DNA of 24,000 bases from Thermoplasma acidophilum DSM 1728 (GTDB lineage Archaea; Thermoplasmatota; Thermoplasmata; Thermoplasmatales; Thermoplasmataceae), in contig NC_002578.1 in the NCBI RefSeq assembly GCF_000195915.1, positions 963,644-987,643 of the forward strand, given 5' to 3'. Under the pieces are notes generated by a model. It ran no database searches. It was not told where the DNA came from and worked only from the letters and a program-made list of their open reading frames with translations. The translations under genes were made by a program, and so were the position numbers. Shown here one piece after another: positions 8,723 through 16,331 of this stretch. Within the stretch, counting starts at the first letter, position 1. The number at the start of each line of letters is the position of its first letter.

Positions 8723-9459
8723 ACAGAGGCATATATTCAGCGTTGATCGCCATGGTAGGACTCATAATCGGTGGTGTTTTTAAGAACTTCGTCCTTATAG
8801 GCATATTCTTAGTTTCCGCGGTTCTGGTATTCATAGGATCTGGATACACGGAGAAGGCGAAGACAGCCGAGATCAAGAACCTGCAGGTACCATCGCTGGT
8901 CAGGGATCTGTCAGGTTACTCCAGTTATGGCCTTTCCCTCTATTCGGTGCTTCGCATGATAAAAAACGAAGATCTCGGCCCGATAAAGGAAGAGGTTGAC
9001 AAGGCCATGGCCATGATGAAGAACGGCAATACGATAGAGGAGGTTTCTCAGTACCTGCAGAAGAATTCTTCACCGGACCTGGCGCTTGTGTCGGCTGTGC
9101 TCAAGAACGCTGACAACACCGGAAGGGCAGGTGAAACACTGCAGTTCCTGTCCACGTACATGAATGAGAGATCGACAAATCACAAGAACGTTACGCAGAC
9201 ATCAGAAAATTACGTGGGCCTTGTAATAGGCTCATTCCTCATATTCGTTCTGGTCATGGTTGTGGTGGATTTCTATTTCCTGAAGTCAAACGGACATGCA
9301 ATGGTGCTGCTCTCCTCGGTGATCATGATGGTTCAGTCCTATGTGACTGGCTTCTACCTGGGCCTGGTCAGATACGACAGCCTGATATCCGGAACGTTCT
9401 ATGCAGGCATTCTGAGTCTCATTACAGGTTTTCTCCTTGTGGTGGCGGGTTCGCTATGA
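8719..9459 (+). CDS. Type IV filament platform protein, single T2SSF domain (FlaJ/TadC/EpdK-like half)
   Basis: The 246-aa ORF has two N-terminal TM helices, a soluble domain (VPSLVRDLSGYSSYGLSLYSVLRMI...GNTIEEVSQYL...ADNTGRAGETLQFL) and C-terminal TM helices. It shares ATGA stop/start overlaps with both neighbours. Confidence 0.65.
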   Translation: MNRGIYSALIAMVGLIIGGVFKNFVLIGIFLVSAVLVFIGSGYTEKAKTAEIKNLQVPSLVRDLSGYSSYGLSLYSVLRMIKNEDLGPIKEEVDKAMAMMKNGNTIEEVSQYLQKNSSPDLALVSAVLKNADNTGRAGETLQFLSTYMNERSTNHKNVTQTSENYVGLVIGSFLIFVLVMVVVDFYFLKSNGHAMVLLSSVIMMVQSYVTGFYLGLVRYDSLISGTFYAGILSLITGFLLVVAGSL

Positions 9460-10694
9460 ACATCTACGAAGTTAGCGGAAAATACCCCGACGATGTGGCC
9501 ATAATGGGCCTTCGGTATCTAAGCAGTGCGCACGAGATTTCGCTTGATGAGTTTGCTGCCCAGAACGGCATAGACGCGATCACGAAGAACCAGATCGAAA
9601 AATTCGCAGATGATTATGTGAACAGAATGGGCAAGATACAGCCCCTGATAGATGATCCGGACATAGAGGATATAACGGTTCTGCCTGAAAACTACGTATA
9701 CATCTATCACAGATCCATGGGCAGCATGCGCACTAACATCTTCTTCACGGAGTATGAAGCCGGAAGATTCGCTAGGCATCTGGCACAGAGATCCGGCAAG
9801 ACACTCTCCGTCTACAACCCCATCGTGGACATTTCGCAGGGAAACCTGAGGATAAACATCGTTCATCATGATGTATCCAGGCCCACGATATCGATAAGGA
9901 AGCTCAGGTCGAATCCATTCAACCCTGTGAACCTCATCGGCAATGGAACAGCATCAGCGGATGTCATGGCCTATCTCTGGGAAGCCATACAGGCAAGGCT
10001 CAACATACTGATAACGGGATCAACGGCCAGCGGGAAAACAACACTTTTGAACGCGATTGCGATGTTTATTGATCCGCTTCTCAACGTTGTACTGGTGGAG
10101 GATACCCATGAACTTTCACTGCCGGGAAAGAACATATTTTACATGCAGCCCAGGCCAGGTGTCAGCGGCCTCTCCATCCGGGATCTTTTGGATGTAATAA
10201 CCTACAGGAATCCTGATTATCTCATCGCCGGTGAGATAAGGGGACCAGATATAGATGCATTCTTCAACTACCTCGCGTCCGGCAGAAAGGGTATGACCAC
10301 GGTACATTCAGGTGGTCCGGCCAGCCTGATGAGAAGGCTCAGATCTCCGCCAAACTCCATTCCAGATTCAAGCCTCATGAACGTGGACATCATCGTTGAG
10401 ATGAGAAACGATATGAAGCGTTATATTGGTAAGGTCTCAGAGGTTCGCATGGATGACGGCCTTCTTCTGAACAACGTCTATGAATACAATGACGGAGCGT
10501 ACGAGATGTCTGGCATAAGCTATATCGTAAAAAAGATCGCGGATATTAGAGGAATTCCAGAAGCTTACATAGAGGATAGGATAAGAAAGAAACGGGATTT
10601 TCTTGCAAATCTGAACTCTACGATGGGATCGGAAGAGTTCCTTCTGTCTGTATCGAGATTCTCTGCAGACGAAGGTGAAGGGCAGGAAAGCTGA
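9456..10694 (+). CDS. FlaI/TadA/VirB11-superfamily (T2SSE) secretion ATPase with intact catalytic motifs
   Basis: The 412-aa ORF has Walker A GSTASGKT (10017..10040), Walker B / Asp box VVLVEDTHEL, GEIRGPD and a His box MTTVHSG. The N-terminal domain motif DDPDIEDITV is typical of the family. Confidence 0.88.
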   Translation: MNIYEVSGKYPDDVAIMGLRYLSSAHEISLDEFAAQNGIDAITKNQIEKFADDYVNRMGKIQPLIDDPDIEDITVLPENYVYIYHRSMGSMRTNIFFTEYEAGRFARHLAQRSGKTLSVYNPIVDISQGNLRINIVHHDVSRPTISIRKLRSNPFNPVNLIGNGTASADVMAYLWEAIQARLNILITGSTASGKTTLLNAIAMFIDPLLNVVLVEDTHELSLPGKNIFYMQPRPGVSGLSIRDLLDVITYRNPDYLIAGEIRGPDIDAFFNYLASGRKGMTTVHSGGPASLMRRLRSPPNSIPDSSLMNVDIIVEMRNDMKRYIGKVSEVRMDDGLLLNNVYEYNDGAYEMSGISYIVKKIADIRGIPEAYIEDRIRKKRDFLANLNSTMGSEEFLLSVSRFSADEGEGQES

Positions 10695-10718
10695 TGTTTC
10701 TGAAATGCGAAGATCCGA

Positions 10719-11867
10719 TCACTTCTTTGATATTATCTTTATAACATCCGAATCCTTCAGCACGTAATCCTTTCCAAGCACCATCTTAGTTCGCCCGTTG
10801 ATGGCCCTTATGAACCCTTCGCCTATATCCGTGTGCACCCTGAATGCCAGATCCAGCGCAGTGGATCCCTGTATCATAACATAGGCATCTGGAAGCACAT
10901 TTCCGGCCTTATCCGTCCATTTATTTTCATCGTAAACCGGATAAACGACGATGTAATGGAGCGTATCTTTAACTACTTTCTCTATCAGGTCGTGTATCCT
11001 TATGACGTCCGGTGTCCTGAACCATCTGTCGATCATCGCCAGCGCATCCCTCTGCTTCTGATTTCCACCGGTAATATTGAAGCCTGTGAGAACCGAATCT
11101 ATCAGGCCTGCGTTTCTCGCACGCTTTACAGCGAGTTCGTATTCTGCAGAGACAACGTAAATATCCGGTATCGACACCTTTATCTTTCCTATGGTGTTTG
11201 CATCGATCTTATCCCCCTTGTTTCCCGCGTATATTATTGGCTTGGCATGCTTGAGTATGGCTGAGGCCAGGTTGTATGCATCATCCATCGTCCATATGCT
11301 GAGCCGTGCGGGAAAGAATTCCGTCTCAAGTATCTCATAGATCTTCTTCTCTGATACTCCGAAGAGTGCCAGCTTCCGCCTGAGGGCGACCTCGCGCCTT
11401 TCGCCGGCAGCCTCACTGCGCCTGCTGAAATGTTCCCAATCAGAATAGATCCTGTCCGCAAACCATTTTCGGATCTCATCAGTAACCAGGGTTATGCTCT
11501 TCCTTATTTCGTCAACCGACCCGGAGGATACGTCAACTATGAGCACTATTGCGTCAACATCCCTGATGGCATCCATGAACTCGTTGCCCATGCCGCGGCC
11601 CTCGCTGGCACCCTCAATCAGACCAGGGACGTCTATGACCTGCACTGGCACATGCCTTATCCCGTTCTCGCAGTATCCCTCCCTTGGGTTGCACCTGGCG
11701 CCTATCTCTGTATCCGGACACTTTACGGTGAAGAACGTCATGCCAAGATTCGGTTTGACCGTTGTGAATGGAAAGTCACCGATCTCGGCCTCGTTCTGCG
11801 TTGCGGCTGAAAAAAACGTTGACTTACCCACATTTGGCTCTCCAACGAGGCCGATCTTAACTGACAT
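10719..11867 (-). CDS. Obg-like GTPase, YchF/Ygr210 subfamily, with C-terminal TGS domain
   Basis: The 382-aa ORF has G1 GEPNVGKS, G2 FPFTT, G3 DVPGL and G4 NKGD. The C-terminal beta-grasp-like TGS region reads VVYPV...GSTALDLAFRVHTDIGEGF. Confidence 0.85.
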   Translation of the reverse strand: MSVKIGLVGEPNVGKSTFFSAATQNEAEIGDFPFTTVKPNLGMTFFTVKCPDTEIGARCNPREGYCENGIRHVPVQVIDVPGLIEGASEGRGMGNEFMDAIRDVDAIVLIVDVSSGSVDEIRKSITLVTDEIRKWFADRIYSDWEHFSRRSEAAGERREVALRRKLALFGVSEKKIYEILETEFFPARLSIWTMDDAYNLASAILKHAKPIIYAGNKGDKIDANTIGKIKVSIPDIYVVSAEYELAVKRARNAGLIDSVLTGFNITGGNQKQRDALAMIDRWFRTPDVIRIHDLIEKVVKDTLHYIVVYPVYDENKWTDKAGNVLPDAYVMIQGSTALDLAFRVHTDIGEGFIRAINGRTKMVLGKDYVLKDSDVIKIISKK

Positions 11868-11882
11868 AACGGCAGATTTCTT

Positions 11883-11897
11883 CTTTAAAAATAAAGG
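11883..11897 (-). promoter_or_regulatory. TATA-box-like element for the GTPase gene (CCTTTATTTTTAAAG on the minus strand)
   Basis: The element is centred about 23 nt upstream of the ATG at 11867, inside the 60-nt spacer after the radical-SAM gene. Confidence 0.4.
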
Positions 11898-11927
11898 TTT
11901 TCAGGGAACTGCAAAAAGAGTGATTTT

Positions 11928-13544
11928 TCAGTTGGTCGTTGGAACCGCCGATTTTCTTTCGGCCCGGCTCTTGAAACCAAGCGTTGCAAGATAGTAAACG
12001 GTTTTCGCGAAGCCGGCGAAGTTGTCGAATTCAACCTTTGCATATTTTTCCGTCGCTTTACCCTTCGTTTCGCCAAGTTCTTTGAATATCCCCTCTATGC
12101 CGGAGAACACACGCTGGTTCATATTCCTGACCACCCACTGTATTATCGGATTTCTCATCTCGCTTGTCAGGTAGGGGAACAGATCCTTCGTCACCTTTAT
12201 AGAGTGTTTCCAGGAGATGTAGAGTATGTCCCAGTATTTCTTCGGTATTGTATCGATCCATGGGAATTCGTTGCCCTTAAGCCTGCTTGCTGTCATAGGT
12301 ATAACTGGGAGCGGGAATATCCATGCCTTCAGATCGAGGTCTATCATACGCTCGACGAGCTTTATGCTTTCTTCGATGTCCTCATCCGTCTCGTCCGGAT
12401 ATCCTATTGTCATTGTATAGCATGGATGGATGTGGTTGTCCACCATTATGCCCGTGGCGTCTATTATCACGTCGCCCCAGTCATGAGGCGTCCATGGGAA
12501 CGGTTTTCCCCGCATGTATTTCGATATTATGCGTTCGCTGCCACTTTCAAGGCCTACGACAGGTGCTTCTGCAGGGTACTTATCATATTCAGCTATCTCA
12601 GCTATAGCTTCGACGGTTTTTGGGCTTGATTTTGCCCCAGGCGCGGAAATATGCGGAAAGTAGATATGAGTGGCGCCCATCTTCTTTACAGTCGTGAAGA
12701 GGTTGACAAGCGCCTCATGGTTGACCTGCAGCTTCTTCGATCCATAAAGCATTATGTCGTCTGTCAAAAGCTCTATGCCCGTTATCCCGTGATCTATGTT
12801 GAGCTGTACCTCCTTCACTATATCCTCGATCGGTATGGATCTGAATGTTTCAGGTGTTATCGAACAGAACTGGCAGCCTCTTGGGCAACCGCGGGTTATC
12901 TGAACCTCACCGAACCTGGAAGGTTTTATTATCGTGGGGATCTCCTCAACCTTCGGCATGCGCCCATAGGTCACCTTTGGTATCGGTTCATTTTTCTCCA
13001 TTTTCCTGACCAGTTCTGGAAAATCTATCTCTGCCTCACCATCCAATACGGCGTCCACCCAATCAGGCATGTCCATTGCTACCTGCCAGGCTCCCGGGCC
13101 GCCAACTATGACCTTGAAACCGTACTTTGCCTTGAGTTTTCTTACTTTTTCACCTAGCTCCCTGAAAAACTTGGCTGTCCAGCTGTCACCGCCACCGAAT
13201 ATCATAGTGAGCTTTGTGGATACCGGACTCAAAGCATATGGATCATGCACATTTACTCCAAGTACTTTCGTGCTAGCATCCACGGTCTTTTCCAGGTACT
13301 CTGGAGGGGATACAACCACAGATATGCCCTTGGATGCAAGTATGGCCTCTACCTTCCTAAGACCGTATGGAGCTGTGACGGCTTCGCCGTTATCATAGGC
13401 CTTTATCGGCGGTGTGAAGAAGCGGTCCATGAAGAAACGTGGAACAAGCCTTGCAGGAAGGCATGCAACATATCCCAGAGGAGATGAACCATTGTAATCC
13501 GTGAAGGTGCCTCTATCAGATGTTAAGACAACTTCCCAGGACAT
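11928..13544 (-). CDS. Radical SAM enzyme with an N-terminal alpha/beta (B12-binding-like position) domain; function unknown
   Basis: The 538-aa ORF has a single canonical CxxxCxxC cluster motif, ITRGCPRGCQFCS, about 220 residues from the N-terminus. This matches the overall layout of COG1032-type archaeal radical SAM proteins. I do not see a DxHxxG cobalamin motif or auxiliary Cys clusters. Confidence 0.8.
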   Translation of the reverse strand: MSWEVVLTSDRGTFTDYNGSSPLGYVACLPARLVPRFFMDRFFTPPIKAYDNGEAVTAPYGLRKVEAILASKGISVVVSPPEYLEKTVDASTKVLGVNVHDPYALSPVSTKLTMIFGGGDSWTAKFFRELGEKVRKLKAKYGFKVIVGGPGAWQVAMDMPDWVDAVLDGEAEIDFPELVRKMEKNEPIPKVTYGRMPKVEEIPTIIKPSRFGEVQITRGCPRGCQFCSITPETFRSIPIEDIVKEVQLNIDHGITGIELLTDDIMLYGSKKLQVNHEALVNLFTTVKKMGATHIYFPHISAPGAKSSPKTVEAIAEIAEYDKYPAEAPVVGLESGSERIISKYMRGKPFPWTPHDWGDVIIDATGIMVDNHIHPCYTMTIGYPDETDEDIEESIKLVERMIDLDLKAWIFPLPVIPMTASRLKGNEFPWIDTIPKKYWDILYISWKHSIKVTKDLFPYLTSEMRNPIIQWVVRNMNQRVFSGIEGIFKELGETKGKATEKYAKVEFDNFAGFAKTVYYLATLGFKSRAERKSAVPTTN

Positions 13545-13800
13545 AAGTTAATAATACATTAAAATATTTAAACGTTGCCAATTTTATTAAGATAATGAAA
13601 AGATAGTTTGATCGTGCTAATAAATAGCCAAATAATCTTCACTCCTAAATCTTTTATAGTTATATTTACCAATAATTTAAAGATATTGTCAAGAAATATG
13701 TGAAATTTATCCATTCTTTTCAATTTTTGTGAACAATCCAAATTTAATTATAGTTCAGATTCGGAATTCAAACCATCTTACAAAGTCAGAATACGAATGC
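13545..13800. other. Unusually AT-rich non-coding spacer (by eye roughly 75% A+T) between polB and the radical SAM gene
   Basis: Direct reading gives long A/T runs. CCAAW-anchored AT-rich words recur at 13578, 13628, 13669 and 13738. The spacer must hold the radical-SAM promoter (TTTAAATATTTTAATG, reverse complement of 13557..13574) and the polB terminator, but it is much longer than other spacers in the window. Confidence 0.6.
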
Positions 13801-13843
13801 ATCGGATTGGCAGACAGTAGAAATGTCCCTCATGGCAAGCATA

Positions 13844-16234
13844 TCAGAAGAAGCTATCCAATGTGCTGTTCTTGCGCGGTTCCTTGTTCACTGGCTTAGC
13901 TTCATCCGAAGACGATCCAAAGCTTTCCAAGCTTGCAGTCTTCTGACCCTGCCCCAGATCGGTGCGGAACACATCTATAACCCTGCCAAGCGTTTCGGAT
14001 AATCTCCTAGCATAGTAATCCCAGTCCGGCTTGACGTTCAGATCCCTACCATATATATATGGTTCTACCTCCTGAGGGGTACGCTTGCCATTGGTGACGA
14101 TCCACGAAACTTTCATACCTGGGACGAAGGTTTCACCCATATCTATCAGCTTCTTTGCAGCCCTGATATTGGCGAGCGATTCCTGATTGGCCCTGTAGCT
14201 TTGGAAATCCTTTACAGTTCTGGATATCACGAGGCTATCGATATCTATCGAAGGATCGCCGGCCCTGACCTTCTTTATCAGGTCATCTGCGTATTTTATC
14301 GCTCCATCTATATCTCTGTTGAGGATGAAGTCTATGACCTTTGACAATGCTTGGCTCTGCAGATCGAATGAATCGGTTCTGCGAACTTCGTATCCCTTTA
14401 TGACTATTTCACCCTTCATGTCATCCGGATAAACGCATCTTCCAGCGTATCGCTTCTTTGCCCCGTGGGAGAAGAACGGATCCAGCACCATCTGAAAATC
14501 CAGCGTGAGACCCTGTTCCCTAGAAAGCCTTTCACTCAGATCTTTTCCCCTCTTTATAGCATCCTCGGCCGATCCAGCTCCAGATTCAACGAAAACACTA
14601 TCCGTATCTCCATATATGACCCTGTAATGTGCGGATTCAAGAGTTGAAATTATGCCTTTTATTGTTTCCCTGGCAAATGCCGTGATCGCACTTCCGATCT
14701 TGTGATCTGTGAATCTGTAGAACGAAGATGCTAGCACACCGTAGAATGTGTTCATAAGCACCTTTATTGCGTTCTGAATTCCGTCATAAAATTCGCGTTC
14801 ATCCTTCGTCTTTGCGGCCTTCATCCGCCTCTTGACTTCATCCCTGTCGGCCATCAGCTCCTGCAGTATTCTTGGTATCAGGCCCTTCTTCTTTTCAGGA
14901 GATAGGAAACGCACCCCGTTTGGGGACAGTATCTCACCGTTAGGATCAAGCGTTGTGAAGCAGACATTGTACTTTATTATCATGGATGGATACATGCTCT
15001 TGAAGTCCAGGACTATCACGTTTGAGTAGAGCCCTGCACCTATGCTATGCACATATCCGCCCTGTATCTCCTCGGTTTTGATCTCGTGCTGGTTCATTGG
15101 AACGCCTATATTTTCTCTGTCAGCAGCTCTGATAAGTATTGAATCAACGTAATTGCTGGTGCCGACGTTTGCAACATCGTCAAGGGGCAGCTTTGTGACC
15201 GAAGACATGTACATCAGCCTGTTCATTACCATCAGCTTTTCAAAAATACGTAGTGTAAGATCGGCATCCTTTATACAGTAAGCTATGACCTCTTCACGTC
15301 TTTTCTTCCATTCATCCTCTATGTGAAGCCTGTCTATGTTATCCTTGCCCTCGCCAAGAAGCATGTTCGCCACGTAATCTAGGGATTCATGCTTCGGATG
15401 GAGTATCCTCTTGACGCTCCACCATGTATCGCTTATCAGGCGTCCGTGGACACGCCAGAACTGGTTCATTATTCTCCTTGGAATGGAACCATCTCTGCCT
15501 ATCTCTAGCTTTATCCCATACCTGTCCATCCTCTTCTTTATCACAGGTATATCGTATCCATCTATGTTGTAGCCAGTGATAACATCCGGATCCTCCGCCC
15601 TTATCAGATCGACAAAACTGCGGAGTATATCCTGCTCTTCACCGGATAATGATCCGGTCACGGTCTTCCCCTGAAAGCTGACGGAATATCCTATCACCAG
15701 TATCTTTCCGTAATCTTCCACATTCTCCCGGTTGATCTCATTCTCGACATCAAAGCTGAGAACCTTCAGATTTGGATTGAAATCGTTTACGTTCTCTATC
15801 CGGTCTGCCCGAATGACTATATCTGTGGTGAAGGATGTTTCTCTGTCGGATATGTTTTCTCCGATTATCTTTACGCAGGATCCAAGATCCAGATCGTAGA
15901 TGAAGCGATGGTGGAATGGTATATCTGCGGCGAGAACTTCAAAGGGACATTTCTCCCGGTATTCTGGAACCTTCCAAGGAGATCTTATGTATATCCTCTT
16001 GACGTTTTCGTATTTGCCCCTAATCCAGAGCCTTTTATCTTCCATCTTTACAAATTCGGGATCATTCTGGATCACTTTCAGGTACGCCTCATCCGGCTCA
16101 ACAACATCATAATAAGGCCTGAATCCAAAATATAGTGCTGCTACGGATTCCCCCTCCCGAGTTCTGCCGAAGAGTTCAACGGCCACATCGCTCTGCCTAT
16201 AAGATGCAGAGACGATCCTTATCTCTACCTCCAT
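13844..16234 (-). CDS. polB: Family B DNA polymerase
   Basis: The 796-aa ORF has Exo I LSFDVEN, Exo II ITGYNIDGYDIP and Exo III YCIKDADL. Pol motif A is LDFKSMYPSMII, motif B is KVLMNTFYG and motif C is YGDTDS. All motifs are contiguous, so there is no intein. The extreme C-terminus is NSTLDSFF, a PIP-box-like motif. Confidence 0.95.
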   Translation of the reverse strand: MEVEIRIVSASYRQSDVAVELFGRTREGESVAALYFGFRPYYDVVEPDEAYLKVIQNDPEFVKMEDKRLWIRGKYENVKRIYIRSPWKVPEYREKCPFEVLAADIPFHHRFIYDLDLGSCVKIIGENISDRETSFTTDIVIRADRIENVNDFNPNLKVLSFDVENEINRENVEDYGKILVIGYSVSFQGKTVTGSLSGEEQDILRSFVDLIRAEDPDVITGYNIDGYDIPVIKKRMDRYGIKLEIGRDGSIPRRIMNQFWRVHGRLISDTWWSVKRILHPKHESLDYVANMLLGEGKDNIDRLHIEDEWKKRREEVIAYCIKDADLTLRIFEKLMVMNRLMYMSSVTKLPLDDVANVGTSNYVDSILIRAADRENIGVPMNQHEIKTEEIQGGYVHSIGAGLYSNVIVLDFKSMYPSMIIKYNVCFTTLDPNGEILSPNGVRFLSPEKKKGLIPRILQELMADRDEVKRRMKAAKTKDEREFYDGIQNAIKVLMNTFYGVLASSFYRFTDHKIGSAITAFARETIKGIISTLESAHYRVIYGDTDSVFVESGAGSAEDAIKRGKDLSERLSREQGLTLDFQMVLDPFFSHGAKKRYAGRCVYPDDMKGEIVIKGYEVRRTDSFDLQSQALSKVIDFILNRDIDGAIKYADDLIKKVRAGDPSIDIDSLVISRTVKDFQSYRANQESLANIRAAKKLIDMGETFVPGMKVSWIVTNGKRTPQEVEPYIYGRDLNVKPDWDYYARRLSETLGRVIDVFRTDLGQGQKTASLESFGSSSDEAKPVNKEPRKNSTLDSFF

Positions 16235-16249
16235 GTTATCACAACATGC

Positions 16250-16266
16250 CTTACTTATTTATTACT
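16250..16266 (-). promoter_or_regulatory. TATA-box-like element for polB (AGTAATAAATAAGTAAG on the minus strand)
   Basis: The element is centred about 24 nt upstream of the ATG at 16234. Confidence 0.4.
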
Positions 16267-16301
16267 GATCGCTTTTTACATCCTCAAAAATGTTTACCAA
16301 A

Positions 16302-16314
16302 GTATTTTAAATGA
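16302..16314 (+). promoter_or_regulatory. TATA-box-like element for the MscS gene (GTATTTTAAATGA)
   Basis: The element is centred about 24 nt upstream of the GTG start at 16332. It is divergent from the polB promoter within a 97-nt spacer. Confidence 0.4.
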
Positions 16315-16331
16315 TAGAATAATGTGAAACC

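Noticed and set aside
13568-13714. A 48-codon minus-strand ORF (MDKFHIFLDNIFKLLVNITIKDLGVKIIWLFISTIKLSFHYLNKIGNV) lies inside the AT-rich spacer.
   Set aside because: A rough estimate of stop-codon frequency at about 75% A+T suggests an open frame of this length is not surprising in 300 bp over six frames. There is no clear TATA box at the right distance. The composition simply mirrors AT-rich DNA (Ile/Lys/Asn/Phe).
13545-13843. The AT-rich island as a chromosomal replication origin.
   Set aside because: It cannot be supported from the sequence. There is no adjacent orc1/cdc6 gene and no recognisable ORB or mini-ORB inverted repeats flanking a DUE. It is kept only as a low-interest hypothesis to exclude.
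13844-16234. An intein or other insertion in the family B polymerase.
   Set aside because: All exonuclease and polymerase motifs are contiguous at normal spacing, and the 796-aa length is typical for an intein-free archaeal PolB.
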